Source: Gammaproteobacteria bacterium (GTDB taxonomy: Bacteria; Pseudomonadota; Gammaproteobacteria; G965277405). From it: DNA of 64,000 nt. The stretch lies in assembly GCA_965277405.1 (NCBI GenBank), contig OZ255726.1:1472001-1536000 (forward strand), read 5' to 3'. The notes below the pieces were generated by a model that was not told the DNA's origin, made no database searches, and saw nothing but the letters and a program-made list of their open reading frames with translations. This document shows, piece by piece, positions 52,842-61,858 of the stretch (the first letter of the stretch is position 1; every line of letters starts with the position of its first letter). Made by a program: the position numbers and the translations under genes.

Positions 52842-53990
52842 GTGCAACAACTTATCAAGCTGCTATTTATCATTTTTCTACCCTTAATTGGTGGCGCACT
52901 GCTGGCATTTGGCGATAATCAGCGCAGCGGCTATGTGCTGATCTTGCTTGGGCAATATAGTATAGAAACCAATATTTGGATATTGCTCGCAGCGATTGTC
53001 ATAGTCACAGCATTACTTTGGTTGGTGCTAGGGTTCACCAATAGCATTACTGCCACAGTGAAATCGGTGTTTATATGGCAGCGCCGCCGTCAAGCAAGTA
53101 AACAACTGCAATGGCTGAATGAATCGCTGAATGCCCTGATTGTTGATGAGCCGCAACGGGCGATAAAACTACTAAAGAAAATTGATGAAACATCGCTGAG
53201 TCCTGCGGTAAACAAAGCATTGCAATCGTATGTGTGGATGCGCCACCGTGATGGTGATAAAGCAACTGGTGCACTGCGTCAGTTCAATCAACTCGCGCTT
53301 GCAAGCCCAAGCCGTGTCCAGGAAACACTGGCGATAGAGAGTGCGTATATTAACGGAAATTACCAAGTTGTCGTTGATATCATTGCCCCAGCATTGGCGC
53401 ACAAAACAGTGAAAACAACGTGGCGATTAAGATATTTGCAAAGTGTTATAGCGCTTAAAAAAATTGATCTTGTCGCGGCTGGTCTGCCGAAAAAAGCAAC
53501 AGGCGGGGTGGAGTTTAAAGCGGTGTACACCAAATTGTTGCAAGAAAAGACTAGCGAAGCAGATCTAGTATGGAACTCAATGAACCAAAGCATGCAGGCA
53601 GATGTTGAGGTTGCTGCCTTGTATCTGCAACGGTTAATTGACAGCGAAGCATTCCAGCAAGCCGATGCATTCCTATTAGCCCACACCCAGCGAGAGCTGT
53701 TTGCGTATGTCGGCAGCTACCCGCACATCAATGTCAAAAGCATATTCGACAAGTTTAATGGACTGCTCCAAGGCGATGGCGCCGATAGTAGTGCCAGTGA
53801 GTATGCAGCACTTGGAAAAGTAGCGTTGCAACAGCAACTTTGGGGTCAGGCAATCGAGTTATTACAAACGTCGTTGCAACAAGACCCGCGGCAGCAGGAT
53901 ACTGCTTGGACATTACTGATGGCGTATAAATTAAGCAACCAGCCCCAGCAAATCGAGCAACTCATCAGTAGCAGTGTGAGTAATCGCTAG
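52842..53990 (+). CDS. hemY: HemY-like TPR membrane protein
   Basis: GYVLI..GQYSIET N-terminus, LGKVALQQQLWGQA; synteny. Confidence 0.7.
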   Translation: MQQLIKLLFIIFLPLIGGALLAFGDNQRSGYVLILLGQYSIETNIWILLAAIVIVTALLWLVLGFTNSITATVKSVFIWQRRRQASKQLQWLNESLNALIVDEPQRAIKLLKKIDETSLSPAVNKALQSYVWMRHRDGDKATGALRQFNQLALASPSRVQETLAIESAYINGNYQVVVDIIAPALAHKTVKTTWRLRYLQSVIALKKIDLVAAGLPKKATGGVEFKAVYTKLLQEKTSEADLVWNSMNQSMQADVEVAALYLQRLIDSEAFQQADAFLLAHTQRELFAYVGSYPHINVKSIFDKFNGLLQGDGADSSASEYAALGKVALQQQLWGQAIELLQTSLQQDPRQQDTAWTLLMAYKLSNQPQQIEQLISSSVSNR

Positions 53991-54044
53991 CCGCCGTTGC
54001 CTACTGACTGCTGAATTTTAATTCACAATGCAGCCGTGAGATGT

Positions 54045-55658
54045 TTATTCAGCGCCCTCTGGGCTATCTTCATCAATACGGTCGATAAGCGCATTGGCAA
54101 CTTCTAGCAGTTTTTTTGAGTTAATACCATGATGCGTAGCTGTATACGAGATAAATAAGTTCTCATTGGCGCTAAAGCCGTTGCGCACATACCATGCTAT
54201 CGCTGCTTGATTGTCTTCTTTGCTATTGTGTTGGGGAAAATGTTCCCAAAGCAACACAGACCCTTTTGGCGTAATAACCGTGAAGGTTGGGTGCATTTCT
54301 CCAAGCGCATGAATCCCTGTTATTTTTCTTTCATATGTATAGGAAATACCAAGACTAAATAGTAAGTTTGCTATCACCAACTCAGATGCTCTGCGCACTT
54401 TATCACCAGCGAAAGTCGTGTGTATTAACTGCTCAGGATAAATTAAAGGAGTGTCAGGGGTAATAAAAGCTTGTTGGGTTTCGTCGTTAGGTAATTTATG
54501 CCTGAAGGCAGTGTTGACGTGCTCTTCTTCATTTTCTCTGTTCATTGCATCTGCTTGTGGTGATGGTGTAGCTAAATTTTCTGTATTGGTTTGGTGGTGC
54601 TGCAAAGGTTCTTTGCTGGTAAATAACTCAGTAGACACACCTGTATTGCTCTTTGCTGCTGGAGCTATTGTTGGTAATGATCCTGAGGCAGACGCGCTTG
54701 CAAAATCTTTTGTTGTGACATCAATTGCTGGGGCATTGCCCGAGGATGATGGGTTTGCAGTAGCTTGCAAATTGTTAGAATCTGTTGCTTTGTTGGCGTC
54801 ATTTTCTGTGTTACTTGTTGCTGCTGTTGCTGCTGTTGCTGCTGTATGGCCATTGTCAAAAATTGGCGTAATATCAATTGGTAAATCGTTGTGTTCGCTG
54901 TCGGCGTCTTTGGAAAATCGCAGTGGCTGCTCTGCCCCACTACTATAGTTGTGAGTTGGGGTTGTTGGTTGGTTTGGCTCAAGCGCAGACGTGTACATTG
55001 CATCATTGATTTCTGGAATATGATTGATCATTGCCGCAGCAACGTGTTTTTCATCGAATTGGAGTTTGACCTCGCCGCGAAGGCTAATAAAATAATCAGC
55101 AACGTCAGTGAGCAAGATTTTTTTGCCAAGTTCGTATGGCGTTAAACCATCATCGTTGCGTGCATTGACGAGCGCGCCAAGTTCAATCAACTCAGCAATA
55201 GCTGCTACAGAGTTATTCCATACCGCATAATGCAATGTGGACGATCCATCAGGTGTCCGCGAGTTGATAATGGCGCCAAATTTGATAAGCTCACGGATAC
55301 ATTGCACATTGTTATTCCATGCAGCAAGCGTCAGCGGCGTCAAACCTGTATCGTCTTTGATGTTTGGATTTGCTCCATTATTCAATAGCTTTGACGTAAC
55401 ATGTTTTGCATCAGCCCATACCGCACAATGCAATGGCGACACACCGTTTGCATTACAAATTTTGGTGTTGGCATTTGCAGTGAGCAATATGTCAGTTATT
55501 TCAGATAAATTTAGCTGGGAACTTAAATGGAGCGCGGTCCAATTATACGAATTTAATTCATCAATGTCTGTAGCTGCCTTATTTACAAGGGCTGCGACAC
55601 GGTCACTATCGTTCTGAATAACTGCTTGATGGAGTGAATAGTTTGGTTCTGCAATCAT
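54045..55658 (-). CDS. Ankyrin-repeat protein with low-complexity linker and nuclease-like C-terminal domain
   Basis: About five ankyrin repeats (TALH, SPLH, TPLT, STLH, TPYE); tail GDKVRRASELVIANLL...YTYE...PTFTV...WEH. Confidence 0.8.
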   Translation of the reverse strand: MIAEPNYSLHQAVIQNDSDRVAALVNKAATDIDELNSYNWTALHLSSQLNLSEITDILLTANANTKICNANGVSPLHCAVWADAKHVTSKLLNNGANPNIKDDTGLTPLTLAAWNNNVQCIRELIKFGAIINSRTPDGSSTLHYAVWNNSVAAIAELIELGALVNARNDDGLTPYELGKKILLTDVADYFISLRGEVKLQFDEKHVAAAMINHIPEINDAMYTSALEPNQPTTPTHNYSSGAEQPLRFSKDADSEHNDLPIDITPIFDNGHTAATAATAATSNTENDANKATDSNNLQATANPSSSGNAPAIDVTTKDFASASASGSLPTIAPAAKSNTGVSTELFTSKEPLQHHQTNTENLATPSPQADAMNRENEEEHVNTAFRHKLPNDETQQAFITPDTPLIYPEQLIHTTFAGDKVRRASELVIANLLFSLGISYTYERKITGIHALGEMHPTFTVITPKGSVLLWEHFPQHNSKEDNQAAIAWYVRNGFSANENLFISYTATHHGINSKKLLEVANALIDRIDEDSPEGAE

Positions 55659-55794
55659 GTGAAATATCGTATAATAGTTAATACAGTGAGTGAACAAAAA
55701 TATCGTGTATGAGCCTTGGTATGCAACGATTCAGTAAATATCAATAATAACAGCGGTAAGCGGTGTATGCTAAATTATGCGGTGTTGGAATGTG

Positions 55795-55860
55795 CTTGTG
55801 CTATATAATGTACTTGTGCTATATCTTGTGCTATATCTTGTGCTATATCTTGTGCTATAT
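55795..55860. repeat. 12-bp tandem repeat CTTGTGCTATAT
   Basis: One unit at 55795 and four contiguous units at 55813-55860. Confidence 0.9.
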
Positions 55861-56044
55861 AAAGTAGCGTAGGCTTACAATCAGTGCCTTTTGCTAGCAA
55901 ACGCGCGAATAGGATTTACTGCTGATTTGCTGTATTGGTTAGTTGGTCTAACTCACAGGTTGCACATACCACTTGACATTGATACTGTAAAATTTAGATT
56001 TTTGTTATTATGCGGTTGCATCAGAGGCATCAGCAGTTCCCTAA

Positions 56045-57272
56045 GGAAGCTCTGATTAAGACGCTCATATACTCCAATAACTCGCATATACTCCAAAAAA
56101 ATAATAGCAATAATTTTCAATGGTCAATATTTGATCATTTCGCTGATCTTCGTGTTGCTGTTTTACTGTTTTTTACTGTTTTTTACTGTTTTTATTGTTT
56201 TTTACTGTTTTTCTTGAATTTTGGGCGGTTCTATCCTGTTAGTCGTCCTCGCAGCATGTATAAGTTCGTCAATGCAAGCAAAGAAAATACTTGTACTCGA
56301 TTCTTTTCTAGTCCTTTGTAGCGAGCTTTCTTATAACCAAACTGACATTTGATTACCCGAAAACAGTGCTCAATCCGGGCGCGCACCTTAGAGTTCTGTC
56401 TATTGCGTTTGCGCTGCGAGGTGCTCATTTGCTGCTTTGGTTTACGTTTATCATTCACGCGCCAATCTATCCCAAGGTGACGCGAGCCGCGTTTATAACT
56501 GTCGCTCGTATATCCTGCATCGGCAAAGATAACCTTATCTGTTTCACGCAGCAATTTGGGGAGTTCATTGATGTCAGCTTCATTCGCGGCTGTAACTGTC
56601 GCGCTATGAATCATATTACTATTAGCGTCAGTTCCTATATGAATCTTCATGCCAAAATACCACTGATTGCCTTTGCGGGTTTGATGCATTTCAGGATCCC
56701 GTTTTTTCTCTTTATTCTTCGTAGATGATGGCGCATTGATGGTCGTGGCATCAACCATTGTCCCTTGTGAGATTATTATATTATTTTCCATACAATACTC
56801 ATTCACGACAGCAAGTATCTTGACGCTGAGTTGATGTTTTTCTATGATCCTGCGGAAGTTCAAGATGGTGGTTTCATCAGGGATGGCATCGTCTATCAGC
56901 TCTATATGGGCAAAACGCCGCATGCTTTCCATGTCATATAGTGCTTCTTCTACCCCTGGGTCTGATAAGTTGTACCATTGCTGTAAAAAATAAATGCGTA
57001 ACATGGTCTGCATATTAATCGGTGGGCGGCCATTCCCTTTCTTGGGATAATGCGGTTCTATTAACTCTAACAACTGTTGCCATGGAGCTAATTTGTCCAT
57101 TAACTGCAAGAATTTTTCACGTTTTGTTGTTACTTTCTTGTGGTCGTATGCAGCACTGGCAAAAGTTGTTTGTTTCATAAGATTATCCGCTTATTCAAAT
57201 ATTCAAATAGATTCACCATTGTATATCTTTGTAGCTGATATTGCTGTTGTTTGGGACTTAATCAGAGATTCC
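56045..57272 (-). mobile_element. Intact IS5-family element
   Basis: GGAAGCTCTGATTAAG...CTTAATCAGAGATTCC; flanks CTAA and TTAG. Confidence 0.93.
56231..57178 (-). CDS. IS5-family transposase
   Basis: PDETTILNFR, VDAT, WYFGMKIHIG, ADAGY, RARIEHCF. Confidence 0.95.
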   Translation of the reverse strand: MKQTTFASAAYDHKKVTTKREKFLQLMDKLAPWQQLLELIEPHYPKKGNGRPPINMQTMLRIYFLQQWYNLSDPGVEEALYDMESMRRFAHIELIDDAIPDETTILNFRRIIEKHQLSVKILAVVNEYCMENNIIISQGTMVDATTINAPSSTKNKEKKRDPEMHQTRKGNQWYFGMKIHIGTDANSNMIHSATVTAANEADINELPKLLRETDKVIFADAGYTSDSYKRGSRHLGIDWRVNDKRKPKQQMSTSQRKRNRQNSKVRARIEHCFRVIKCQFGYKKARYKGLEKNRVQVFSLLALTNLYMLRGRLTG

Positions 57273-57276
57273 TTAG

Positions 57277-57560
57277 GGAACCTCTGATTAAGTCGCTGAT
57301 GGAGCGAGTTTGATGGCAATTGCTGATGATTGCAAGGCGCATTCCGCAGGCGCATGCTGTAGCATATACGCCAAGGGATGCAACACAGCAAGTACCGCTA
57401 CCATCAAACCGTTGTATATTCAACAGAAGGACGGGAAAAAACGCTGCGCTAACGTCGTTGCAGCACTTAATAATACCACCAGTATTATCTGCGCACTGCG
57501 TCTAGTTATCATCAGCGTTTTTTCTCCGTCTCGCCCATCATGGACTTAATCAGAGCTTCC
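57277..57560 (+). mobile_element. MITE copy F abutting the IS5
   Basis: GGAACCTCTGATTAAG...CTTAATCAGAGCTTCC, 284 bp. Confidence 0.9.
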
Positions 57561-57591
57561 CTAATTAACTCAACTACTAACACCATAAAAA

Positions 57592-57750
57592 ATGAATGTC
57601 AATTGTCCGAGTTGTAACGCCGTAGTTGAGTGGGACGAAAAAAACCACAACAGACCTTTTTGCAGTGAAAAATGCCACCTGTTGGATTTAGGAAAATGGG
57701 CGAATGACGAGCATGTTACCAGCACAGAAAACGATTTAAGCAACCTCTGA
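57592..57750 (+). CDS. yacG: DNA gyrase inhibitor YacG (absent from ORF track)
   Basis: Hand translation MNVNCPSCNAVVEWDEKNHNRPFCSEKCHLLDLGKWANDEHVTSTENDLSNL. Confidence 0.9.
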   Translation: MNVNCPSCNAVVEWDEKNHNRPFCSEKCHLLDLGKWANDEHVTSTENDLSNL

Positions 57751-57841
57751 TTAATTCCATGATGGGCGAGACGGAGCAACAACAATGACGATCAGCAATT
57801 GCAGGCAAACGCGCTCCAGCAGCGAGTTAATCAGAGCTTCT
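57740..57841 (-). mobile_element. Mini-MITE copy G (ends only, about 100 bp)
   Basis: CAACCTCTGATTAA...TTAATCAGAGCTTC with the centre missing. Confidence 0.8.
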
Positions 57842-57867
57842 ATAAGTAAGTACAAAGAATAACCCAG

Positions 57868-58674
57868 ATGGAAGCATGGAATAGTATCTGGTTATTGTAT
57901 TACGCTGGGTTGGGTTTATTCGTTGGCGTTATAGCTGGTCTGTTTGGTATAGGCGGAGGAGTTGTGCTGGTACCCATGCTGATAATGATGTTTAGCGCAC
58001 AGCAGTTTCCAGCGGAGCATGTCGTGCACATCGCGCTGGCAACGACGATGTCCACAATTATATTCACCTCAATTTCTAGTACAATCGCGCATCGACGTAG
58101 AAAATCTGTGCGTGCTAATATTGTGGTATCAATGTTACCAGGGCTAGTGTTGAGTACCCTGAGTGCAACATACGTCGTTCTATTGATCGACAGCAGGTAT
58201 TTAGCATGGTTTTTTGCAGTGTTTATTGGCTTTGTCGCTGTGGGGATGTGGCGCAACACCACAGCCAAACCGGGTCGCGTACTGCCTGGATTATTTGGCA
58301 TCAATGTTGCTAGTTTTGCAATCGGGACGGTGGCTTCATTAGTAGCTATTGGTGGGGGAGCTTTAATTGTACCGTACCTAATTTACAATAACATTGAGCA
58401 TAAGTCGGCGATTGGCACGTCTTCATCAATTGGTGTGCCGTTGGCAATATTGGCAACAATTGGCTACGGCTACCATGGCTGGGGTGAGGTTGATGGCTTC
58501 GGCTTGGCGGGACTTATATACCTGCCGGCCGCATTGATCATCGCGGTGGCGTCGATGTTGACCGCACCGATCGGTGCGAAACTCGCCCACGCCTTGCCAA
58601 CGGCGATGCTGGCAAGGTTGATGGCTATACTGCTTATTGGTTTGGCATGCAAAACAGTAATCTCACAAATCTAG
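57868..58674 (+). CDS. TauE/SafE (TSUP) family membrane protein
   Basis: AGLFGIGGG, AIGGG, AIGTS. Confidence 0.9.
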   Translation: MEAWNSIWLLYYAGLGLFVGVIAGLFGIGGGVVLVPMLIMMFSAQQFPAEHVVHIALATTMSTIIFTSISSTIAHRRRKSVRANIVVSMLPGLVLSTLSATYVVLLIDSRYLAWFFAVFIGFVAVGMWRNTTAKPGRVLPGLFGINVASFAIGTVASLVAIGGGALIVPYLIYNNIEHKSAIGTSSSIGVPLAILATIGYGYHGWGEVDGFGLAGLIYLPAALIIAVASMLTAPIGAKLAHALPTAMLARLMAILLIGLACKTVISQI

Positions 58675-58707
58675 AACTTTTTAAGATTTCACCATACAAG
58701 GGAAGCT

Positions 58708-59571
58708 ATGTATCAAACACTTATCACCCCAGAGCAACTGCACAATATCCACGAAGACTGCGTTATATTCGATGTGAGTTACGATTTAACTACCCCTAAC
58801 CTTGGCCGTAGCCAATATGCAACCGAGCATATTGCTGGGGCGCAATACTTGGATTTGCGCGCAGATTTATCGGCAACAACTCCGCTGCAACACGCCTACC
58901 AAGGCGGTCGACATCCGCTGCCATTGCCGCAGGACTGGATTGCACTGCTGCAGTCGTATGGCGTGGATAACGATACACAACTGGTAGTGTATGACCGACA
59001 AAATACCATGTACGCCCCTAGATTGTGGTGGATGTGTCGTTGGGTAGGACACGCTAATATCGCCGTGCTCGATGGCGGACTACCAGCATGGAAAACTCTG
59101 TATCAAACCACTGCGGCTGGATCGCAGCTGCGGAGTTTGGGGACGATTGCGCTGCGGGCAACGACGCACGCCGTGCTTGACCGCGCACAAGTGCATGCGC
59201 GCCAACCAACAGATGTCTTGATTGATGCCAGATCAGCACATCGCTATCGTGGTGCTGAAGAAACCATCGATGCGCGGGCTGGACATATTCCAGGTGCGCT
59301 CAATCAACCATTTACCACGCTGTGGGAAGACGGAAAGCTGCGCGGCTGTGACGCAGTACACCGTGCATTTGACCGCTATATGGGTGCAACTAGCGTCATC
59401 CATTATTGTGGTTCAGGGGTTACTGCTGCGGTTAATATTTTAGCGATGCAGCACTGCATGCCAGATGTGGCAACGGCCTTATACGCAGGGTCATGGAGCG
59501 ACTGGAGCGCAACAATGCCTAAGGAAGCTCTGATTAAGTCCATGACGGGCGAGACGGAGAAAAAACGCTGA
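58708..59571 (+). CDS. sseA: Tandem-rhodanese sulfurtransferase
   Basis: GGRHPLP, LDGG, GHIPGA, YCGSGVTA, YAGSWSDW; last 15 aa encoded by a MITE. Confidence 0.88.
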   Translation: MYQTLITPEQLHNIHEDCVIFDVSYDLTTPNLGRSQYATEHIAGAQYLDLRADLSATTPLQHAYQGGRHPLPLPQDWIALLQSYGVDNDTQLVVYDRQNTMYAPRLWWMCRWVGHANIAVLDGGLPAWKTLYQTTAAGSQLRSLGTIALRATTHAVLDRAQVHARQPTDVLIDARSAHRYRGAEETIDARAGHIPGALNQPFTTLWEDGKLRGCDAVHRAFDRYMGATSVIHYCGSGVTAAVNILAMQHCMPDVATALYAGSWSDWSATMPKEALIKSMTGETEKKR

Positions 59572-59817
59572 TGATAACTAGACGCAGTGCGCAGATAATA
59601 CTGGTGGTCTTGTGGGTGTTGCCAAGTGCTGCAACGACGTTAGCGCAGCGTTTTTTCCCGTCCTTCTGTTGAATATACTTTGGGTTTGCTGCCATTGCTG
59701 CGCTTGCTGTGTTGCATCCCTTGGCGTATAGCTGGGCATGCGCTTAGCGGTTTGCGCCTTGCAATCATCAGCAATGGCAGGCAAACTCGCTCCATCAGCG
59801 ACTTAATCAGAGATTCC
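59523..59817 (-). mobile_element. MITE copy H with CTAA target duplication
   Basis: CTAA-GGAAGCTCTGATTAAG...CTTAATCAGAGATTCC-CTAA. Confidence 0.92.
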
Positions 59818-59848
59818 CTAAGTAGACCTGTATTGAAAACGGTCAAGA

Positions 59849-61153
59849 TTATGCGAGTTCACCCCAAAATGAATTCGGTTTTGCTGTGATAATTTGCACG
59901 TCAACTATTTGTCCGATGAGTGTCATATCGTCACTGGCAAAATTTACAATTCTGTTATTTGTGGTGCGCCCTTGTAAATGGCTGAGGTTTTTTTTAGAAA
60001 AATCATTGACTAAAATTGACTGAGTGCTGCCTACCATTGCGCTGCTAATCGCAGCTGCTTGGGAGTTGAGGATGTTCTGGAGGTGTCTCAAGCGTTGTTT
60101 TTTGGTGGCGGCGCTGGTCGAATCTGCTAATAGTGCCGCGGGAGTACCGGGGCGTGGGCTGAAAATAAAACTGTATGAAATATCAAAGCCTATGCGTTCA
60201 ATCAGGTCGATGGTTTGCATGAATTCAGCTTCGCTTTCATTCGGAAAACCAACAATAAAGTCTGAAGACATCTGGATGTCAGGGCGTGCTTGACGAATAC
60301 GCTCGAGTAAATCTAAATATATTTCTCGCGTATAGCCGCGTTTCATCGCTTGTAGAATAGTATTCGAGCCGCTTTGTACGGGTAAATGCAGGTGACTCAC
60401 CAGTTTTGGGACATCTTTGTACACGTCGACAATGCGTTGCGACATTTCTTTTGGGTGTGAGGTTGTAAAGCGAATTCTTGCAATACCTGCAAGTAGCGCA
60501 ACTGCGCGGATGACATCGGCCATATCCGCGCCATCGTGGCGGTAGGCATTGACATTTTGTCCTAGCAAGTTGACTTCACGAACGCCTTGGTCTGCTAAAT
60601 GCTGCACTTCTTCAATAATGCTTGGCAGCGGGCGGCTGACTTCTTTGCCGCGGGTGTACGGCACCACACAGTAGCTACAAAACTTACTGCATCCTTCCAT
60701 AATTGATACAAAGCCACTCACCCCAGTCGCGTGTGGTTTTGGCAGGTTATCAAACTTTTCTATTTCGGGAAACGTGACGTCTACACAGGGGATTCCAGCA
60801 GATTGGCGCTTATATAACTCAGGGAGACGATGGATGGTTTGTGGTCCAAAAATAATGTCGACATACGGAGCGCGTTTTTTAATTGTGTCGCCATACTGGC
60901 TGGCAACGCAGCCACCAACTGCAATTGTGACATGTTTTCCTTTGGTGCGTTTGCGAATGCGCCCAAGTTCACTGAATACTTTTTCTTCTGCTTTTTCACG
61001 AATTGCGCAAGTGTTGAGGACAATAATATCCGCATCGTCGATTGAGTCTACTCGTTCAGAGACGATGTCTGTGCTAAGAGCATCTACGATTCTGTTTGAG
61101 TCGTAGACATTCATTTGGCAGCCGTATGTCTTAACGAATAGTTTTTTATTCAT
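59849..61153 (-). CDS. miaB: tRNA methylthiotransferase MiaB
   Basis: [34 protein letters not shown] domain. Confidence 0.96.
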   Translation of the reverse strand: MNKKLFVKTYGCQMNVYDSNRIVDALSTDIVSERVDSIDDADIIVLNTCAIREKAEEKVFSELGRIRKRTKGKHVTIAVGGCVASQYGDTIKKRAPYVDIIFGPQTIHRLPELYKRQSAGIPCVDVTFPEIEKFDNLPKPHATGVSGFVSIMEGCSKFCSYCVVPYTRGKEVSRPLPSIIEEVQHLADQGVREVNLLGQNVNAYRHDGADMADVIRAVALLAGIARIRFTTSHPKEMSQRIVDVYKDVPKLVSHLHLPVQSGSNTILQAMKRGYTREIYLDLLERIRQARPDIQMSSDFIVGFPNESEAEFMQTIDLIERIGFDISYSFIFSPRPGTPAALLADSTSAATKKQRLRHLQNILNSQAAAISSAMVGSTQSILVNDFSKKNLSHLQGRTTNNRIVNFASDDMTLIGQIVDVQIITAKPNSFWGELA

Positions 61154-61245
61154 ACATGTGATTTTGAACACTGATTATGAAAAAGATGTGGGGTTACTAA
61201 ACTGAGCGTACCATAGTAATGAAATAGTATCAAAATGAAGCATTG

Positions 61246-61537
61246 GCAAGTTCTGATTAACTCGTTGATGGAGCGAGTTTGATGGCAATTGCTGATGATT
61301 GCAAGGCGCAAACCGCTGAGCGCATCACCTAGCTATACGCCAAGGGATGCAATACAGCAAGTACCGCTGCAGAAAACCCAAAGTATATGCAACACAACGA
61401 CGGGAAAAAACGCTGTGCACCGTCGTTGCAGCAGTTGGTAATACCCAGAAGACCCACCAGTATTGGCTGCGCACTGCGCTATAAGTGTCAGCAGCGTTTT
61501 TTCCGTGTCGCCCATCATGGCATTAATCAGAGCTATC
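61246..61537 (+). mobile_element. MITE copy I, diverged ends
   Basis: TTCTGATTAACTCG...TTAATCAGAGCT with the shared interior. Confidence 0.85.
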
Positions 61538-61858
61538 TATAGCCGTGACAACTGTAACTAAGTTAAAAACAATAGAGAACTCATATTATCGACACAATCA
61601 CCGCAGATAAGATAATTATATTGAATGAAGGCAATCAATAAAAATTGTTTATTACACAAAAACCAAACCGCTATGCTTGCTTTATGTTGGGGTTATTGGT
61701 TACTATGGGCGTTGAATTTATTTCATAATGCTTACGGGCACGCTAGAACACCAATATCAATACTGAAGCAGCGTTGCAACAAAATAACATGCAATAGCAC
61801 CAGGTATTGCTGCCGAAAAAAACATTATTGTAAGCAGTCATTCCAACAGGAAATATTC

